Shown here: positions 57,898 to 64,000 of the stretch, one piece after another
Layout of the letters: every line of letters starts with the position of its first letter
Numbering within the stretch: position 1 is the first letter of the stretch
DNA from: Octopus vulgaris
Lineage: Eukaryota
Direction: 5' to 3'
Assembly: GCA_951406725.2 (NCBI GenBank)
Contig: OX597817.1
Span: forward strand, 121,768,001 to 121,832,000
DNA: 64,000 bases
Notes under the pieces: model-generated
What the model was told of the DNA's origin: nothing
Databases searched by the model: none
Seen by the model: only the letters and a program-made list of their open reading frames with translations
Position numbers and translations under genes: made by a program

Positions 57898-60800
57898 CTG
57901 ACAGGATTTGAATATTCCTAGTCGAACCATCAGTCAGAAAGACACGCAGGAGCAAATACTTATTTGCGAAGGTGTTTACAGAAGATAAAATAAATATCTT
58001 TAAATGAATGTCGTTGGACAAAGCCCTTACAGCGCAGACACAAGTGAACATGGGAAATAACCATTTTACATCATTACATTCTCAATTATTGTCTAACTCC
58101 CTTCTTATTTTAGTCTGACAGGAAATCAATAATAGTACTTAGGTAAAATTTAATTTTCAGATATTTCATTATTAATAAGATTAGTTGACAAAACAAGAAA
58201 AAGAGAAAAAATGTCAATCGTCGGTAAGAATTCTATTAATATGATGTACCAAAATACAACTTCTGTATCATAGAAAGAAGATAATAACCTCATAGATTTA
58301 ACAAACTCATTTCATTGTGTAATATGACGTAATAAAATAAAGCTGTAACAAAGGAATTATTGAATGGAAATCAATAAATGTTCCTACACTATCATGGCTA
58401 AAGTAGAAATGAAACAGACATGTTTAAATGAATTCTTATATCAGACTTATTCAACAGACTATACTATTCTGTGTGAAACAGAGATAGCCTGTACAGAGTT
58501 GCATGACCTGATAGATGTAGTGAATAGATTTTCCTCACACTGAAACATTGTCATCAAACAGAAAAGAAAAGAAAAGAAAACGCAAAAGCAGATAAGATAT
58601 AGAACACGCCGAAATGTTCATAGCTGGAAAGCATTTGATCAGGGTTCTGATTGTTAACGACTAACTCAGTACTATACAGTCACGCTATCTATGCTTTTGA
58701 CACATATTACTTTCAATTTAGAAAAGTATTTAAGAGTGAAAAATGTGTTTCGTTTGAAAACTCGCAACTATATTCGCTATTTTTATACCCTAAAATTGAT
58801 TAGTCGCAGTGCAAACAGGAAAGCAAGGCAAACGGTTTTTGATTGCTCATTTCCATTGCGAACACACCGATCTCTTTTTACCATCGTGGACAAAAATTAC
58901 GTCCGCTTATAATCCTTTTAAATACCAGAATTGTTCATTTTGTTGAAGAAACTATACCACATTTGATTTTTAAAAATAAGGCAACCTGAACATAGGTTTA
59001 TACTTATTCAAAATTTTGAGAATTGATCCTAATATGTGAAACTGAGTTATTACGATCATATGTACACCTCATTACCATCATCATTATTATCGTTGTTATT
59101 GTCCTCGACCTTCTTTTCGCTTCTTCCTCGTTGCAATTATTATCACCAGAATAATCTTGTTCACTGTTTTCGTTGATGCATAGTCCTAAGACTATCTTGA
59201 TCGGGCAACTTTATGACCAAAAGCGTTTCAGGCAAGACTGTACATCCAGTCATTTTCCTTTGTGCGGGGAATTCAAAAGCCTATTACAATATAAGATTTC
59301 CACAGATTGTAGGATTTGATATGAAGGTAGCTTTATTGCTATTTCGATCGTTATGAACGACCACGTGGATGCTCTCTAACTGTCCCATCATCATTTCTAT
59401 CAGGACCACCAAACCATAACTATCAACAGAGGTAAAATGAAGTATGATGCTTTCCCATTTACATGTTTCCACACACCCTAACGTGACCGATGTATCGTGA
59501 TCGTATTCTAGAAAACCTGTGATCAGATGCGTTCCTGCGTGACCATCTATTTTAAAGTCAGTTAATCACAGAATACTATATCTTCATTTTTCATAGAGAG
59601 TAGTGTGCGAAGGAGATTGTACTGCTATCTCTGTTAAATGTAGTGACTATATAAATCATCCCTTATTGATCCGTATTAACATAAGTGTAAATGTCTGTAT
59701 TTGTGTGTACGTGTATTTACAGGTTTTTTAGAGATGTATAAAGACATGTGTTTGTCCATGCTTAGTGTGTGTGTGTGTATGTGTGTGGAAATTTATAGAC
59801 AAAGAAAATGTTAATAAATAAATTAAATAAAAATTTACATTTACAGTATATTCTGTTTGATGAAGATTGCATAAATCATGAGATTCGGTTCAACATAGCT
59901 ACCATTTTGTGGCTGTCTGTGACCATCTCCACGACGTTGATTTCACATTCGATAAAATGTGTAGCATATATAAAATTTATATATCTTTCGTACATAGCAA
60001 TAATTTTGGTGAAAAGTCGTTATTTCAAATAAATTCAATGAAAAAGAAGCAAGTAAATTGACTTAGTAGTTGACAGCTTAGTAGTTGACAGCTTTTATTT
60101 TTCGCTCAACATTATGAATGGAAGTCCTTGTTGTCAAATGTGCACTTCCTCCGTGAATTGATGAATGAAGTACCAGTTAAGTAGTAGATTTTTCTTTTTC
60201 TTCTTCTTTGCCAGAAATGGTTACGTTTCATGTGTGACGGTATTCAAATGATTGTCTCAGAGACCCTTCTCTTCGGATATAGAAAAAGTCTGAACGAAAG
60301 ACTAGCAAAATTCTCGGAGAAAATATGTATTACTTAAACTATCCTTACACAGACATGCAATTTAACATAGAATGGAAGAAATTTTTAATAAGTTATGTTA
60401 ATTGCAACAATGGTTCAAAATAAGTTAAATCGAATCGGTATACCCCATGCTAATAATTCAATTAAGGACGAGAAATTGATAAGTTTTTGGAAAGGCGGAC
60501 AAACGTACAGGATATGTTTGTTGTGACCCTCTACGTTGAAGCCCAGCATATGTCTTCAAATTCATATAAGTTTAGCTCCTGCGTATGTAACTATAGCAAA
60601 TATCAAACAAGTTTTATATCAAGTTTCCACATTACAGAATTTAATATAATGGACGTTATACGTAAAATAGTCGACAAATGACGTCATAAGTAAATATACG
60701 ACATATTCTTTATGGAATGTTCACACGGTAAACGTTGATGTTTGTGAATGCATCACATGAAATCAATGAATTACTATGACCAATCGTTTCACTTTCACAG

Positions 60801-62000
60801 TATTACTAATAACATATTCACATGAAACAAGAAATGGTTTGTTCATCTAATCAATGTTAAATGTAGCTAAGTTGTGTAAATAATTGTGTTTTGAAGTGTT
60901 GGAATAGGCTGGTGAAATGTATTTGTAATTTTACATTTAAATTTCATACGTCTCTGATCATGAAAATTAATATTAAGTATATTTTGTAAACTTGTATTTG
61001 TTTTAAGGATTTTTTTTATTCGTAGTGTTACACAATATACGAGCGTACAAGTAATAAATATTAGTAATAAAGTCCTTAAGTGCAAAGAGCAGAGACACAC
61101 AAGTATTACCAAATAGAAATAAATATTAGGAAGGTCTCTTAGCAAATAGAATTTTCTGTAAACATCCTGCTCATAACTTGCCACCGACGTTTCGTATGGA
61201 ATCGAGTTTATATCAACAGATTATGTCTATCAATATATACATAAAAATTCTCACAACTGAAAATACATAACATTATTGACTGTGAAATATAAATACGTTT
61301 TACATGCCCCTTCATCTCGGAAATATTATCAATAACACTAATGGAACTGAACTTAATCACTCAATTTATTTGCTGAAGATGTTTGTGTTTGCGTGATTGC
61401 AAAGATACCTAACTGTATGATTCAGTATTTTCGAAAATGTTGTTTAAACTACATAGTTTTCTTCTTATTAATTCATTTTACTGATCAGTATCAACCTATT
61501 AAGATAAATATTTTTCACATTATTTCCTCTGAGACGCAAACGATATACTCTCCTTCAAAGCCATGTAAATATTGTCAATGATAAAGTACACTATTTAAAT
61601 AAAGCCATTATTTACAACCCCTTTTAGAAAAAAAAATATTTCCATTTTCTTAATAATGAATGAATAATTCTTTTGAGACAAGAACAAGATGAATTTAGTA
61701 AAGGGCAATGTTTTGATATTTTATTTACTCAGAATAGTGATATTTTATCGATTCAGAACGAATTAACGACAACAATGATATCAGTGGAACAATGAAGACC
61801 AAAATTACACAGTGTGACATCTGCTTAACTACTGTTCCCGCTTCTCTAGTCAACACATTAAGAAATATATTTGCCAATTAAGATATGAATAATAAAAGTA
61901 TACAAGAAAGAATAATGCTAACAATACTACTTATGATTATTCTAGAGTTGAGTAAGAATATAAAATAAAATGTATAATTTATCACACACATACAAATATA

Positions 62001-62219
62001 GAAGATTGGCGAAAAGTCACCCGACAGTAAATCAAAATTACATAAATACTATCTGTAATTCTGTATTTACTCGAATGGAAAAAACGTGTCGCTGAAAAAC
62101 AATTTTCATGATGTTTTATATTTAGATGACTTTATTAAATTCATTCACCTGTTAAACACAAATATACCTTCGAATTAAATGGTTTTGATTTGCTGTCGGG
62201 TGACTTTTGGCCTACCCTG
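62001..62219. mobile_element. Tc1/mariner-type MITE; inverted partial second copy at ~62724-62882
   Basis: TIRs AAAAGTCACCCGACAG.AAATCAAAA / TTTTGATTTGCTGTCGGGTGACTTTTGGCCTACCCTG|TA. The internal part recurs reverse-complemented downstream. Confidence 0.8.
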
Positions 62220-62225
62220 TATGTG

Positions 62226-62281
<56 letters not shown>

Positions 62282-64000
62282 GATGTAACTGTGCATAAAA
62301 CTGTATATATATATGCATACATATATATGCACAATATAGGACACATTAGAAGACTAACACTAATTTAGAGTACTTAAACTACAGCTTTTAAAGCCTTTAG
62401 TCTGAAACTTTAAATAGATATGTATACTATGTGTGATTGCTTTTCATGCAGAAAAATGCAGGATGCCCAGGATGACCTGAGAGTTTTCGTTGTTCGGTTA
62501 CAAGGGGATAAGGAAATCCGTCATATTTCTATCCACAAAAGAAATCATTGCCAATCAATACTTGAGTTGGTCGTACACGAGAACTTAGCTGTAGTGGTTA
62601 GATTGATTTTCATACCTTTTAATCCTCAGCGGCGTGATTAAGTAATATTTAACACTGTGTATTCAATAACAAGGATAAATTTGAAGTAGTTAAAAATATC
62701 GTTTTTAAATCCACCCCTCTGAAACATTTAACAGATGTAAATACATCTTATTGTTTTCACACATGCAGACATCGAAAATATCGAAAATATAAAGGCATCT
62801 AAATATAAAACATCATGAAAATAAATTGTTTTTGAGCGACACGTTTTTCCTTTCGAGCCAATACAGAATTACAAGATAGTCATTCTTGACTCGTTTAACA
62901 GTACAAAGAGTCCATCAGTTTAGGAGGACTATTAACTGCATCTGATACAGGAAAACATCTACATGGTCACACGCAGTGATCGAAATAACTGCAAATTCTT
63001 CTCAAAAACATACACAATCCTTAAAATTGAGTGTTTATAGCTGGCAGGGTTTTCGCTATAATTCAGCTCGATTAAGGGTTTGCCCGTGGCTAATTAACAA
63101 CAAAATCTTAAACAGCAACAAAATGGTTGCAAAACACTGAATGTATTTTACATTGGATGCTACAAGAATTTTCCTATTATATTTAACTGCATAATTTTTC
63201 CTCTGGCTCTTGCATATTAAGTTTCGCCAGATTTTCGATATCAAAGTATGAAGTTAAATAAACAATAATGACCTGAGAGGATTAATTTATTATTCGCTGC
63301 ATTTAGAACTAGACAGATAAATTAATCAAATTATCCTCACTAGCCATCGGATGAAGAATTAAAATCAAACATTTGATATCAAGGAACATACCGACTGAAA
63401 GCTAATAAGAATTTCTTATTTAGGCACAAGGTCAGAAATTTTGTGAGGACGGATAATCAATTATATCGACCAGAGAACTTTATATTTTTATCGATCTCGA
63501 AAAAAGAAAAAAAACATGATAAAGAAGGAAATTATTCTCTTTAATAAAGCTTTCGTTAAAATGTCTTGGAGAGTATATTTTGGGAAGTGGTATATAATTC
63601 GCAATAGTATATCTAAACAGTTTTGTTTTCGTAATATGATCAAGTTCGTATGCTGTTATTTTTAACGTCAATATTTGCTCATTATAGTATCTTATAAAAT
63701 CCAGAAACCTCAATAGGTCATGAAAACGAACATCAAGGAAATATAGTTCATTATTCCTGGCTGTTAGTCACCCAAAATAAAGTTGATGAAGGCACTAAAG
63801 GGGCAGCTAATATATTCGATTAAATGAGCAATGCCCATAATGATAAGAGAAATATTATTTTAGTAATTATTGGCACCTGGTCAAAAAGGCATAGTAAACG
63901 ACACAATAATTTATACAAATTCACATTAATGAAATATAGAGTAGGAAGTTTCCTTGATGTTTGATAGTACAGTCACATCTCTGAACGTATTTTGATTTTG

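Noticed and set aside
59284-59472. Minus-strand ORF with an apparent acceptor
   Set aside because: It largely overlaps a copy of the ancient dispersed repeat (GAAATAGCA.. motif).
60867-63713. Further hydrophobic minus-strand ORFs (60867-61184, 63056-63244, 63480-63713) as N-terminal Piezo exons
   Set aside because: The position fits, but the similarity is only generic hydrophobicity expected from AT-rich DNA. One follows a decayed hammerhead-like motif and may be repeat sequence.

Overview
AT-rich, microsatellite-dense animal DNA. The SINE families and (TA)n/(CA)n load look like an octopus genome (inference). No intact protein-coding gene is evident, and most listed ORFs are microsatellite translations. 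Two things stand out. (1) About 15-18 exon-like relics on the minus strand (~62.6 kb down to ~22.3 kb) translate, in the correct N-to-C order, into motifs of a highly divergent Piezo mechanosensitive channel. They contain stops and frameshifts, so this is probably a Piezo-like pseudogene. The alignments were made by eye against human PIEZO1 motifs recalled from memory. (2) There is a dense, diverse set of type I hammerhead ribozymes: 4 with essentially intact cores and several decayed. They lie in Penelope-like element (PLE) pseudo-LTRs and in short (TA)n-flanked elements that often fold back on themselves. The rest is transposon debris: two tRNA-derived SINE families, mariner/Tc1/DD41D elements and MITEs, Helitrons, non-LTR retrotransposon remnants and hAT-like fragments.
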